From a virus (Duplodnaviria; Caudoviricetes), in IMG/VR virus record IMGVR_UViG_3300030372_002033, positions 1 to 35,198 of that record: 35,198 nt of DNA; one strand, written 5' to 3'. The first letter of the stretch is position 1; every line of letters begins with the position of its first letter. A program made the position numbers and the translations under genes. The notes under the pieces are model-generated. The model saw nothing but the letters and a program-made list of their open reading frames with translations. It did no database searches and was not told the origin of the DNA. Positions 1 to 9,330 of the stretch are shown here, piece by piece.

Positions 1-391
1 CTTTGTTGATTTGAACACGCTCATAGTTTAAGATATTGTTTAATTCTGTGTAAAACTTTCTAGCTGTAGGATCTTGCTTAGATATTCCTTCAGGCACAAT
101 CCAGGCTAAGTTACTAAAATTGCCACCTAAAGCATTATCAAAGGCATCTATCTCAACCTTAGCTCTTCTAAAGTCTGCATCAGTTAAAGGAGAATCAGCG
201 TTCCAGGGCTTTTCTAGTCTCTGTTCTATTAACCATTTTATATTATCAACAGAAGCTTGATTGTTAAAGCCAGTATCTTTGTATGAAAATCTATCTTTTA
301 TATTCTTTTTAGACTTCCAATACTCATACATCTCACTCATCATGTCCATTCTTTTCTGCTTATCTACATATATAGGATTACATAAGCCCAT
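1..391 (-). CDS. Putative virion cargo/ejection protein, N-terminal part (runs off the window edge)
   Basis: Not in the ORF track. The ATG at 391-389 overlaps the TAA of the 2979-aa gene (TAATG). The frame is open to position 1: MGLCNPIYVDKQKRMDMMSEMYEYWKSKKNIKDRFSY...LNNILNYERVQINK. Function is inferred from position only. Confidence 0.8.
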   Translation of the reverse strand, partial: MGLCNPIYVDKQKRMDMMSEMYEYWKSKKNIKDRFSYKDTGFNNQASVDNIKWLIEQRLEKPWNADSPLTDADFRRAKVEIDAFDNALGGNFSNLAWIVPEGISKQDPTARKFYTELNNILNYERVQINK

Positions 392-3300
392 TAACAACCC
401 TCCCCTGTTTGATCTTTTGCCCAATCCCAATAATCATTCTTCTTAGCTTCTTGCCTTACAGGAATTAATGAACCGTCATTACCTCTTACAGTCTGTATTG
501 GACTTCTTCTATTATCTATTACACCATTCATTTTATCTATTAATATAGGTGATGAATAAAATACATTTAAATGTTTAGCTATAGTTCTATATGAATTAGC
601 CATATCACCTAGCTCTGTATAATCAAATCTATCCATACTCCCTCTTTCGTAACTGCTAGCATCTATCTCAGTTTCCTTACCAGCAGCATAATGTTCAACA
701 TTTTTTATAAGCTCTCTAACAAAATCTCTAGCATTATTATTTTCTGCCCATTGTAAAACTGTTTTATACAGATGTTCATTAGTTTTATATGCAGGTCTCT
801 CATGCCCCTTAGCATCCCTATAATAATAAGAAGGAGTTACTTGAGGTTGCAATACATATCTAAGTAATAACTTCATTGGATCAGTTCCTTGCACTAAAGG
901 TAGCCATCTATCTACAAACTCAGCCATACTCCTACCCTCTTTAGCACTATTGATAGCGAATAAACCTTCACTCAACACTCTATTAGATAAAGCATTCTCT
1001 ATAGTCTTGCTATAGTCACTACTAATTGAAGCTCTAAGCCTTCTAACATCGTCTCTAAAATCATTTATAACACCTTTATCTTTAATAAATAACTCAGGAC
1101 TTGTATCATTCCCATATGTAGCCTTAAATAAAGCATCTGAGTATCTAGCTTCATTGCTAGATTGTGATTTCATTTGCTTTGGATTTCTATCAATAATGTA
1201 AGAATATCCTCTATGTAAGCGTACTTTAGGACTATTACTATTAAATCTACCTACAAATTCTAACTGACCATAATCTAAAGATTTATTATCTACAGAAAAA
1301 TGAGTTAAATTTGAAGTTCCCTTTGGCTCTATATACTTAACATCTCCTCTAACTCTATAAATATCTAACATCCTTCCTTTTGAAAGGTGCGTATGCTTAT
1401 CAAAGTTCATACCGTCTTTAACATCTATATACTGAACATCACCTTTATCTATAACCATATTCTTAGCTATCTGTTGATCCATTATATCCATAGCTGTTTG
1501 TAAGTTTCTTAATCTTTCCTGAAGTTTGTCAACCTTAGTTGGATTAGCAAAGTTTTCAGCTCTAAAGTATTCCAAACTCCCAAATACATTATCATGCTGA
1601 CGATGAATTAATTCTCTAAGTATTCCATTATTTAAAGCATTACGTATTTCAGAACCAGCTTTCTCTTGACTAAAGGAATCTACATTCATATCTAAGTTTA
1701 GCCTTTTTGCAGACTCTAAAGGATCGTCACCAAAAAGCCTTGCTGTCTCTACAAAATTCTCTATATTCTTAACAAAGAACCCTGCTTTATTATATATATC
1801 AGTACCTGTCTTAGCAAGACCTCCATAGTTTGAGTCCCAGAAACCATTTGTACCAATCAATTCTTTCATCAACTTTCCACCAACAGATAGTTCAAATCCC
1901 TGATCTGGATTGTCTGGAGATACTTGTCTAGGATCAAGGCTAAAAATATTATCCATAATAGAGCCTTGTCTACCTTTGACTATATCCCAATATAAATCAT
2001 CTCTGTCTTTCCTTCTCTTAAAGTCTGTTGTCTTTCCATAAAACATTTCTGCATACTCTGATACAAGAGCGTCTTTCTCAGCACCTTGCATTCTTCCTAT
2101 TTTTCTAGCTAATTTCTGAGCTAAGTACCCTGTAGGATTTGCAAATAAATTTCTCATATCATAATAAGCTGACTTTATTTCAAAAGGCTCAGGAGATCTA
2201 CTACCTCTTTCATCCCAAGTATCATTCTGAATCATATTAGATTTCTTTAATGTTCTAAGTAGCTCATAAAAGACTTCTCTCTCTATTCTCTTATTTCCAA
2301 ATGTTCTATGATTATCTCCAAAGAAAGTTAAATCAGGATCACTATGCTTGTCAAAATTAGCATCCCCTGTTTCACCTGTATGAATATCTTTTTTACCAAA
2401 ATATAAAAAGTCTCTTAATTTATCCTGTGTAGATATAGCATCATGGATCCCACCATGTATATCTAAGCCATTCTGAACAGTATCATAAAACTTATCAAGA
2501 ACTTTCCAATTATCTGCTGTCATACCTTCATCTCTTATAAAGTCTTTTAATAGGTCATTACCTTTAAGCTTAAAGCCTAGCCTATTAAGCCAAGATATAG
2601 CATTTCTAGCTCCTATTATCTGACCAGTCATCATCTTAGCGCCATGAAGTTTAGCTGCATAATTTTGGAATCCAACTTGAGTAGCTTTCTCTCCAGCCTT
2701 ACCATTTATACCTATTCCAAATATATTTATATAATCACTGTTTAATACTTGACTTCTTTCCCACATTCTAAAGTCATCTTTACGACCATTCTCTTTAGCA
2801 AAAGATTTAAATATACTCCAAGGCATACTTGTATGTGTGAACAAGTGATCACCGTCATTATCTCTCTGCATAACTGTACGAAGATCGTGAACATTAACCT
2901 CTGTTAATCCATCCATACCTTCCATAATTTTCTCTACTCTAAATATAACTTTATCATGTCCTATCACTGGTATAGCATGAGACATAGAGCCAAAGTTCAT
3001 CTTTAATGCTTTATCTACCTTTAAATCAAATGTGCTAGTTATTCCATTAGAACCAACTTTAGTAATTATTTCACCATTCAATAATCTAAAAGCATCATGA
3101 TAGGTTAGATTATGAGCTTTAACCATTTTATCTAATCTTTTTAACTGAGCCTCTACTTTAGCCCTAGAAGATTTATCTTCCTTAATACCACCTGCATCTC
3201 TAAGTATATCATTACCTGTACGATCTGTACCTTTATATCTATAATTATTAGAACCAGGATGCTTTAAAGGATTTGTAGACTTGTCATAGAAAGTGCTATA

Positions 3301-6300
3301 ATATTCAAATTTATCCCCTTCTACACTAACAACAACATCTACACCATTAGCATCTCTATATATAAATCTTTCACCTTGTAGATTTGAAGTTACTCCTGTT
3401 ATAGAGTTTCCTAATTGCCTTCTCGCAGTATGTGAATTTAATCCAATACCTCCATAGTTAACAGTAGCCCTGTCATGTATTTCATTTCCTGCAGCTTTAT
3501 AAATCTCTGCATACAAAGGAACTGAAAGCTTTCCATCTATATTAGGTACAATAAAATTATCTTCTCCACCTCTCTGATTAGGAGCTTTAGACAAGTGTTT
3601 ATAGTTTGAGCTTCTTAGCAATCTCCTTAAAGCCTTTTGAGTTAAAGGATTGTTAGGCATGGCTCCATATGAGAATAGTAATTTAGTAAGACCAGTATCT
3701 CCTTTATCCATAGGATTACCTTCAGCTTTATTTATCTCATATAGCCATTCAGCTAACTTAGCACCATCTCTATGTACAGAGTCCCATTGTACAGCTACTT
3801 CTCTTAACTTGTTTTCAAATCCCATCCATACTGTTGCAGCTTTTATATTTGAAGCTGATTGAAAGTCAAATATAGAAGGAGATATAGCTACTCCACTTTC
3901 ATTTTTAGATGTAAAAGAAACTCCTATACTCTCAACAGGCAGCAACATCTTGTTAGAATTATCCATATTCTTAATAGTATTTTGCCACTTACCACTTGCC
4001 TGTGAAAGATCGAAAGGTTTGATTGGATTACCATCTATTGATGTTCCGTGTAATGTTTTAGCAGATGTTTCTCCTAGTGCTATATCTACATCTTTAGGCA
4101 TTTGTTTAGCTATATCGGGATGATATATAAGATATCCTTTACCAAGCAATTGGTTGTCTCCAGTAGAGAATATTATAGTCTTAGCTCCATTCGGGCTATT
4201 AGTAAAGTCTGTATCAAGCATTCCTTTCTGAGCCATAATCAATTTCATTGTTCTTTCAGATGCAAACTTAGCACCATCTAATAAGGAGCTTAATAAGCTT
4301 GGCTGGTCAGCAGCAGCTTTTTGCTGGGCTAAAGAAAGTTCTTTTAATAACCCTCCAGCTTGACCTATAATCTGAAGCTGTCCCATCTCTATGTTCTCTA
4401 TATTTAATGGATGCTTTTTACCACTAGATCCCTCTGATGCACCATCTCCTATAACGCCTACTGTAAATCCGCCATTATCAAGAATACGTTTAGCTTCTTG
4501 CTTAACAGCTTTATTAGGATGCCAGCTTTTAGCCCATCTAAGCACATTTTCATTCATTGGCTGGGTAGTACCACCATCTGATAAGAATCCACGCTTATAC
4601 ATATTTGCCTGTATCTTAGCTAGCTTTTCAGGATTTGCATTCCCTGCATATTCTTTAATTAATTTTTCAATTTCACTTCTTTTACCTGTATTATCAAGAT
4701 AAGGTAATAACATCTTCAGCTCTACATTTGCTCGTGAAGCATTAGACGCATCAAGAAGGCCTCCAAACATAGCTTTAAAGACATCTTTATCTTTACCACT
4801 AAGCCTAGATTCAATAGAGTCATATGTAGCTTTAAACTCAGAATTTAAAAGCTTTAAGTTACTTTCTGTAGCTACAAACATAGCCTTGTCCATGGGAGAT
4901 AATCTTAAATAAAATACATACTCTGTAGGATTCTTTAATATCTTCTTAATATCTGCTTCACTAATACCTGGATCTATAGATTTAAAGCTATCTATTATTT
5001 CTAATCTAGATCTATCTACATGTAAAGCATTATTTAAGAACGACTGTATCATGTCAGGACTTCCTATGGTATCTAGACTTGTATTTCTAAGCGTGCCATC
5101 CACATCTACACTAATAGTATCGTCAATAAAATGAATATTATATCCTTTTTTAGAGTAATATTCACTATTAGGATGACTTATAGCAGGAGCATTGTTATTA
5201 AATTCAATTATACCTCTCTTCTTTCCATCCTTAGTCATGCCTACAATCTTGAGTCTATTTACAGGCTTAGAATTATATATATTAGTCAATAGCTCTAGCG
5301 CATCTTTCTCTCTAAAGGTACTCCATTCTTTTTGCTTTTGAGATATGCTTACATCTTTTTGATCAAATATTTGTTTACGTATATTCTCATTAAGAGCTTT
5401 ATATGGATTGTTAATAAGAGCATCTCTAAATGTAGGATCAATATCTCCATCTTTATTAACAAGATTGTATTCTTTAAGTATTTCTTTTACAGATCTATGA
5501 TGCTCATGAGTTTTATGTCCAGCTTCCAAGGCTTCTGACATCTTAACTGCATCTGCATTTAATATATGGTGTTCATTATTTAATATTACAGCTCTATTAA
5601 CTCTTGTATCAACTTGTTCTAATAGATTTATAGCATCGCCAAAGAATCCATTCTGATTAACTTTATTTATAAGCTCAGATAATACCTCTACAGAGTCACC
5701 TTCTTTATCTCTATATAGTTTATGCCACTCTCTCGACATATTTTCTACAATTCTCATTGTTTCTGACTTATCTAGCCCTAAACCACTCTTGCCTAGCGCA
5801 GTTAAGTTTTCTATTTTAACAACTAATTCTCTTAACTTATTAACGCTTTCAGTTTCTTTTGAATAGATCTTCTCTAATGATGCTTGTAAAGGTCTAGTTA
5901 AAGCTTCATGTACACCAAATTCATCACCACTAATTTGTTCATTTTCACTAAGGCTCTTTTTAGGTGTTATGTTAAACTTCCCTGTCTCCCTGTCTATAGC
6001 ATCTATAAGCCTATCTATATCTATTATAGCTTGACTTATATCTTGCTTAGTATCTTCAGCCCTTGCTGTATTCTCTAATGCTTTTAATTCATTCTTTAAA
6101 TCATTAATAGTTTTAATAGGATCTTCTATAGGCTTCTTGTTTGTAGAAGGATCTAAAGTATCAATAAGGTCTGTTGTTTTATCATATATATCTTTTATTA
6201 ACTTCCTAGTTCCTGTCTTAGAAGCAGATGCAAGCTCTCCAAGAACTGCTTGAGTATTTACTATTAGGTCTGTAAAAGTTTCATTTCCCAGCATCTTAGC

Positions 6301-9300
6301 AGCTTTAATATAATCTTTAATATCGACAACATTCATTTGACGCTTACCATTTTCAACAAATGCAAAGTCAGTCCTTATAATAGCATCTTCTCCAAGGACT
6401 TTTTCAATAGTATCTACAGCCTTTTCGTATGCCTCAATATCTTTTTCAGACATATTTCTTGATTTTAACTCATTCATTACAGCATCTCTAGAAGGCATTG
6501 TCAGCTTACCCTCTCCATTAGGTATAGCTATATTAGCGTCTGCAAGCATAGAAACTAAATTTATAGCCCTTCTATCAAAACCCTTTGCTTTAAATATTCT
6601 ATTAATATAAAGCTCTCTTGTATGTGTAGCCCAATCTTGCTTCCATTCTCTAGGCAACTGTGTATTTAAATTCTTCCATTGATTTTGAGCTATAGATATT
6701 CCTTCACCAGTTAAAACTTTACCACTAGGATCCTTAGAGGAAACACCTACTACCTTCTTCCTTAATTCAAATAGATCTCTTAAGTCATTTAAATGCTCTA
6801 TCACTTGCTCATTAGCCTGAGCTTCTTTTTCATTCTTAGGGTCTTTAACAAAATCCTTAATAATATTCTTATAAGCATCTATAGACGATGCATACTTACC
6901 ATCAATCATAAATAATTTATCTAAACTCTCAGTTAAAGTCTTATCTCCCAACTTATCTCCTGATGGGAACTTTCCTGTAACTACATTATAAACTCTTTCA
7001 GAAGCTTCTATAACTTTAGCTTGCTTAAAGAACTCCATCATAGGATTTAACTTCCCGCCTTCTCCGACAGGGTCAAATTTTATATTCTTTAATCCACCAT
7101 ATTCTCCTGCAAGCATATCCATATGCCTATCAACAATCTCACGAGTCCTTTGATTAAATTCTATCTCTGTAAGTCCTGATTTCTTAACTAAAGCTTCATA
7201 ACTAATTGTTGATGCTTCAGCGCTTTCTCCAGTCCTTACAGTAGCTTCAGCAATATCTGCCAATGCACTTAAGGTTCTATTATAAGTATTAGCATCATCA
7301 ATATCTTTACCTTCTTTATTAGAAATAACATGGCTACCTATAACAACACCTTCTTTAGATACATCTACATTATATCCTAACTCAGACTTCAGCTCTGCAA
7401 GCATTCTCTTATATATATTTAAACCACGCTTTGCAGGTTCAAGAGTTAACTTAACTAAAGCTCCTTCAAATCCAATATCCTTAACAGTAGTACCATCTTC
7501 AAACTTAACATTTGATAGTTTTTCAGCTAATGTATTTAAAGTAGAGCGATCTAAGTTTTGAGCCCTAATAGGACTAAAGTCAGGATCTCCTGTCTTTTTA
7601 ATAATATTATATAAGCTAGACATTTCTAGTACTAATGCGTGATCAGGATTACTATAATCCCTACTATTAGCTGTAAACTCTGCACCTTGCACAGCACTAT
7701 CAAATATCTCAACAATTGAATTTCCAGCCTCATGTGTAGACATAGCAGCACCTAAGCCTTCATGTATATTCTTACCATCATGAAACCTTAATACATCTTG
7801 TACATTCTTAGTATCAACACCAAGTACATTTAAAGCTTCATGGTATGGTGTAAAATCAGCGAAATGTGCCCTTTGCTGGTCATATCCCCACTCACCCCTA
7901 CCTCTAGTCATAACAGCTGCCATAAACAAATGTGAGGCTATTTCTGGGCTTTCCATTGAACCCCAAGCATCTTTACTAACAACCCAAGGATTCATAGCTA
8001 GAACACCAACTCCCATTCTAGGAACAGAGCCTATAGTATCTTCTAACCATTTAGGCCCCCATGACTTCATAATATTCTGATTAACAGCTTTATTCATTTT
8101 ATTTAAAATAGTAATAGTATCATCTATTTTCATATCTGGTAAAGCCTTTAGTATCTCATCACCATTTTTATAAGTCTTATTTCCAGCTTTCCATGATGCA
8201 TCTGCTAATTTACTTCTACTTAATAGATCTTTCTTAGATCCTCTAACCATAACCTTTAATATATTCTTTACAACCTCATCTCCATGAGCTTCTTGTATAG
8301 CTTTATAGTTAGTGCTTTTAAATTGATTCATATATGCTTTAACACCTTGTGATGCAGTTGACATTCCACCAGCACCCATTCCTGCAATATTAGGTATCTT
8401 TCTAATAAGAGGGAATGCTAAAGCCATCTTTACCTCATGTCCTAAGGCACCTGTTAAATCAAAATCTTCATTATTAGCTAAAGATCTTATCTTTCCTGAT
8501 CCAAGTCCATGTAGTGATAATAACATCATATCTTGAGCCATCATGCCTAAGTACTTAGCTACAAAGTTATTTGCTGTATCTGGAATACGTCCTGTTAATC
8601 CACGAGTAGCCCATTCAGCTATATCATTAACATATCTTCCACCCTTAAGGCTTTCAACAAATTCACTAGATATTTTAGCAGCATCATTAATATCTATATC
8701 TGGCATACCTGCATCTTTAAATGCTTTTTGTACAGCTCTAGCTCCAGAAAGAGTTAGATTCTCACTAGCATCTAATGCAGCCTTACCTGTAGCATTTAAA
8801 TCTTTTATCCAAGTAATACCTAGATCATCCTGTGCAGCTTTATTTAAAGCATTAGCTACATCATCTTCAAACTTAACACCTTTCTTAGAAGCTTCTAATA
8901 TAGCTTTACTTTGTGCTTTGTTTAATGCCATTCCCTTAGTAGCTTCTTTTGCTGATTTCTGTATAAATTTATTACCACCAGCTTTTGCAATAGCTCTAGA
9001 TGTCTTTCCTAATAACCCAATTGGCCCCCAAGGAGCAAATAATGATGCACCTTCACCTAATATCCAACCAGCCTTTTCTCCACCAGTCATCTCTTCCCAA
9101 GGCTCTTCTCCAGTAGCTCCTGCTAGATCAGTAAGTCCTAAAGTCATACCAGATGTAAACCCTTCTCCAGCACTCCATAGAAAGTCCCCAACAGATCCCC
9201 AAGCAGTACCTTCATCTTCTACAGGTTCAGCTGGACTAAATCCAAAGTTAGGAGTTTGTGTAGTAGGTTGATTCCTTAAAGGTCTATCCCCACTCTTTAA

Positions 9301-9330
9301 TATATCATAGTATTCTTTAGGTAATGGCAT
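391..9330 (-). CDS. Giant virion protein; putative virion-associated single-chain double-psi-beta-barrel (DPBB) RNA polymerase
   Basis: 2979 aa. Motifs in order: YKRG (K1579-R1580), LLDGAKFAS (D1685), LGKGYL (K1731), ETSAK (K1758), HAIP...MQRDNDGDHLF (D2157-D2161), GAKMMTGQII, QNGLD (D2290). Gly/Ala-rich hydrophobic N-terminal segments. Lies after the tail and ejection genes. Confidence 0.72.
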   Translation of the reverse strand: MPLPKEYYDILKSGDRPLRNQPTTQTPNFGFSPAEPVEDEGTAWGSVGDFLWSAGEGFTSGMTLGLTDLAGATGEEPWEEMTGGEKAGWILGEGASLFAPWGPIGLLGKTSRAIAKAGGNKFIQKSAKEATKGMALNKAQSKAILEASKKGVKFEDDVANALNKAAQDDLGITWIKDLNATGKAALDASENLTLSGARAVQKAFKDAGMPDIDINDAAKISSEFVESLKGGRYVNDIAEWATRGLTGRIPDTANNFVAKYLGMMAQDMMLLSLHGLGSGKIRSLANNEDFDLTGALGHEVKMALAFPLIRKIPNIAGMGAGGMSTASQGVKAYMNQFKSTNYKAIQEAHGDEVVKNILKVMVRGSKKDLLSRSKLADASWKAGNKTYKNGDEILKALPDMKIDDTITILNKMNKAVNQNIMKSWGPKWLEDTIGSVPRMGVGVLAMNPWVVSKDAWGSMESPEIASHLFMAAVMTRGRGEWGYDQQRAHFADFTPYHEALNVLGVDTKNVQDVLRFHDGKNIHEGLGAAMSTHEAGNSIVEIFDSAVQGAEFTANSRDYSNPDHALVLEMSSLYNIIKKTGDPDFSPIRAQNLDRSTLNTLAEKLSNVKFEDGTTVKDIGFEGALVKLTLEPAKRGLNIYKRMLAELKSELGYNVDVSKEGVVIGSHVISNKEGKDIDDANTYNRTLSALADIAEATVRTGESAEASTISYEALVKKSGLTEIEFNQRTREIVDRHMDMLAGEYGGLKNIKFDPVGEGGKLNPMMEFFKQAKVIEASERVYNVVTGKFPSGDKLGDKTLTESLDKLFMIDGKYASSIDAYKNIIKDFVKDPKNEKEAQANEQVIEHLNDLRDLFELRKKVVGVSSKDPSGKVLTGEGISIAQNQWKNLNTQLPREWKQDWATHTRELYINRIFKAKGFDRRAINLVSMLADANIAIPNGEGKLTMPSRDAVMNELKSRNMSEKDIEAYEKAVDTIEKVLGEDAIIRTDFAFVENGKRQMNVVDIKDYIKAAKMLGNETFTDLIVNTQAVLGELASASKTGTRKLIKDIYDKTTDLIDTLDPSTNKKPIEDPIKTINDLKNELKALENTARAEDTKQDISQAIIDIDRLIDAIDRETGKFNITPKKSLSENEQISGDEFGVHEALTRPLQASLEKIYSKETESVNKLRELVVKIENLTALGKSGLGLDKSETMRIVENMSREWHKLYRDKEGDSVEVLSELINKVNQNGFFGDAINLLEQVDTRVNRAVILNNEHHILNADAVKMSEALEAGHKTHEHHRSVKEILKEYNLVNKDGDIDPTFRDALINNPYKALNENIRKQIFDQKDVSISQKQKEWSTFREKDALELLTNIYNSKPVNRLKIVGMTKDGKKRGIIEFNNNAPAISHPNSEYYSKKGYNIHFIDDTISVDVDGTLRNTSLDTIGSPDMIQSFLNNALHVDRSRLEIIDSFKSIDPGISEADIKKILKNPTEYVFYLRLSPMDKAMFVATESNLKLLNSEFKATYDSIESRLSGKDKDVFKAMFGGLLDASNASRANVELKMLLPYLDNTGKRSEIEKLIKEYAGNANPEKLAKIQANMYKRGFLSDGGTTQPMNENVLRWAKSWHPNKAVKQEAKRILDNGGFTVGVIGDGASEGSSGKKHPLNIENIEMGQLQIIGQAGGLLKELSLAQQKAAADQPSLLSSLLDGAKFASERTMKLIMAQKGMLDTDFTNSPNGAKTIIFSTGDNQLLGKGYLIYHPDIAKQMPKDVDIALGETSAKTLHGTSIDGNPIKPFDLSQASGKWQNTIKNMDNSNKMLLPVESIGVSFTSKNESGVAISPSIFDFQSASNIKAATVWMGFENKLREVAVQWDSVHRDGAKLAEWLYEINKAEGNPMDKGDTGLTKLLFSYGAMPNNPLTQKALRRLLRSSNYKHLSKAPNQRGGEDNFIVPNIDGKLSVPLYAEIYKAAGNEIHDRATVNYGGIGLNSHTARRQLGNSITGVTSNLQGERFIYRDANGVDVVVSVEGDKFEYYSTFYDKSTNPLKHPGSNNYRYKGTDRTGNDILRDAGGIKEDKSSRAKVEAQLKRLDKMVKAHNLTYHDAFRLLNGEIITKVGSNGITSTFDLKVDKALKMNFGSMSHAIPVIGHDKVIFRVEKIMEGMDGLTEVNVHDLRTVMQRDNDGDHLFTHTSMPWSIFKSFAKENGRKDDFRMWERSQVLNSDYINIFGIGINGKAGEKATQVGFQNYAAKLHGAKMMTGQIIGARNAISWLNRLGFKLKGNDLLKDFIRDEGMTADNWKVLDKFYDTVQNGLDIHGGIHDAISTQDKLRDFLYFGKKDIHTGETGDANFDKHSDPDLTFFGDNHRTFGNKRIEREVFYELLRTLKKSNMIQNDTWDERGSRSPEPFEIKSAYYDMRNLFANPTGYLAQKLARKIGRMQGAEKDALVSEYAEMFYGKTTDFKRRKDRDDLYWDIVKGRQGSIMDNIFSLDPRQVSPDNPDQGFELSVGGKLMKELIGTNGFWDSNYGGLAKTGTDIYNKAGFFVKNIENFVETARLFGDDPLESAKRLNLDMNVDSFSQEKAGSEIRNALNNGILRELIHRQHDNVFGSLEYFRAENFANPTKVDKLQERLRNLQTAMDIMDQQIAKNMVIDKGDVQYIDVKDGMNFDKHTHLSKGRMLDIYRVRGDVKYIEPKGTSNLTHFSVDNKSLDYGQLEFVGRFNSNSPKVRLHRGYSYIIDRNPKQMKSQSSNEARYSDALFKATYGNDTSPELFIKDKGVINDFRDDVRRLRASISSDYSKTIENALSNRVLSEGLFAINSAKEGRSMAEFVDRWLPLVQGTDPMKLLLRYVLQPQVTPSYYYRDAKGHERPAYKTNEHLYKTVLQWAENNNARDFVRELIKNVEHYAAGKETEIDASSYERGSMDRFDYTELGDMANSYRTIAKHLNVFYSSPILIDKMNGVIDNRRSPIQTVRGNDGSLIPVRQEAKKNDYWDWAKDQTGEGC

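Noticed and set aside
5490-5525. His cluster HKTHEHH as a possible zincin site in the giant protein
   Set aside because: It does not form HExxH and has no supporting motifs.
8543-9271. 242-aa plus-strand ORF
   Set aside because: It is an antisense shadow of the giant gene, with S/A/P/L-biased composition, no clear RBS and no motifs.
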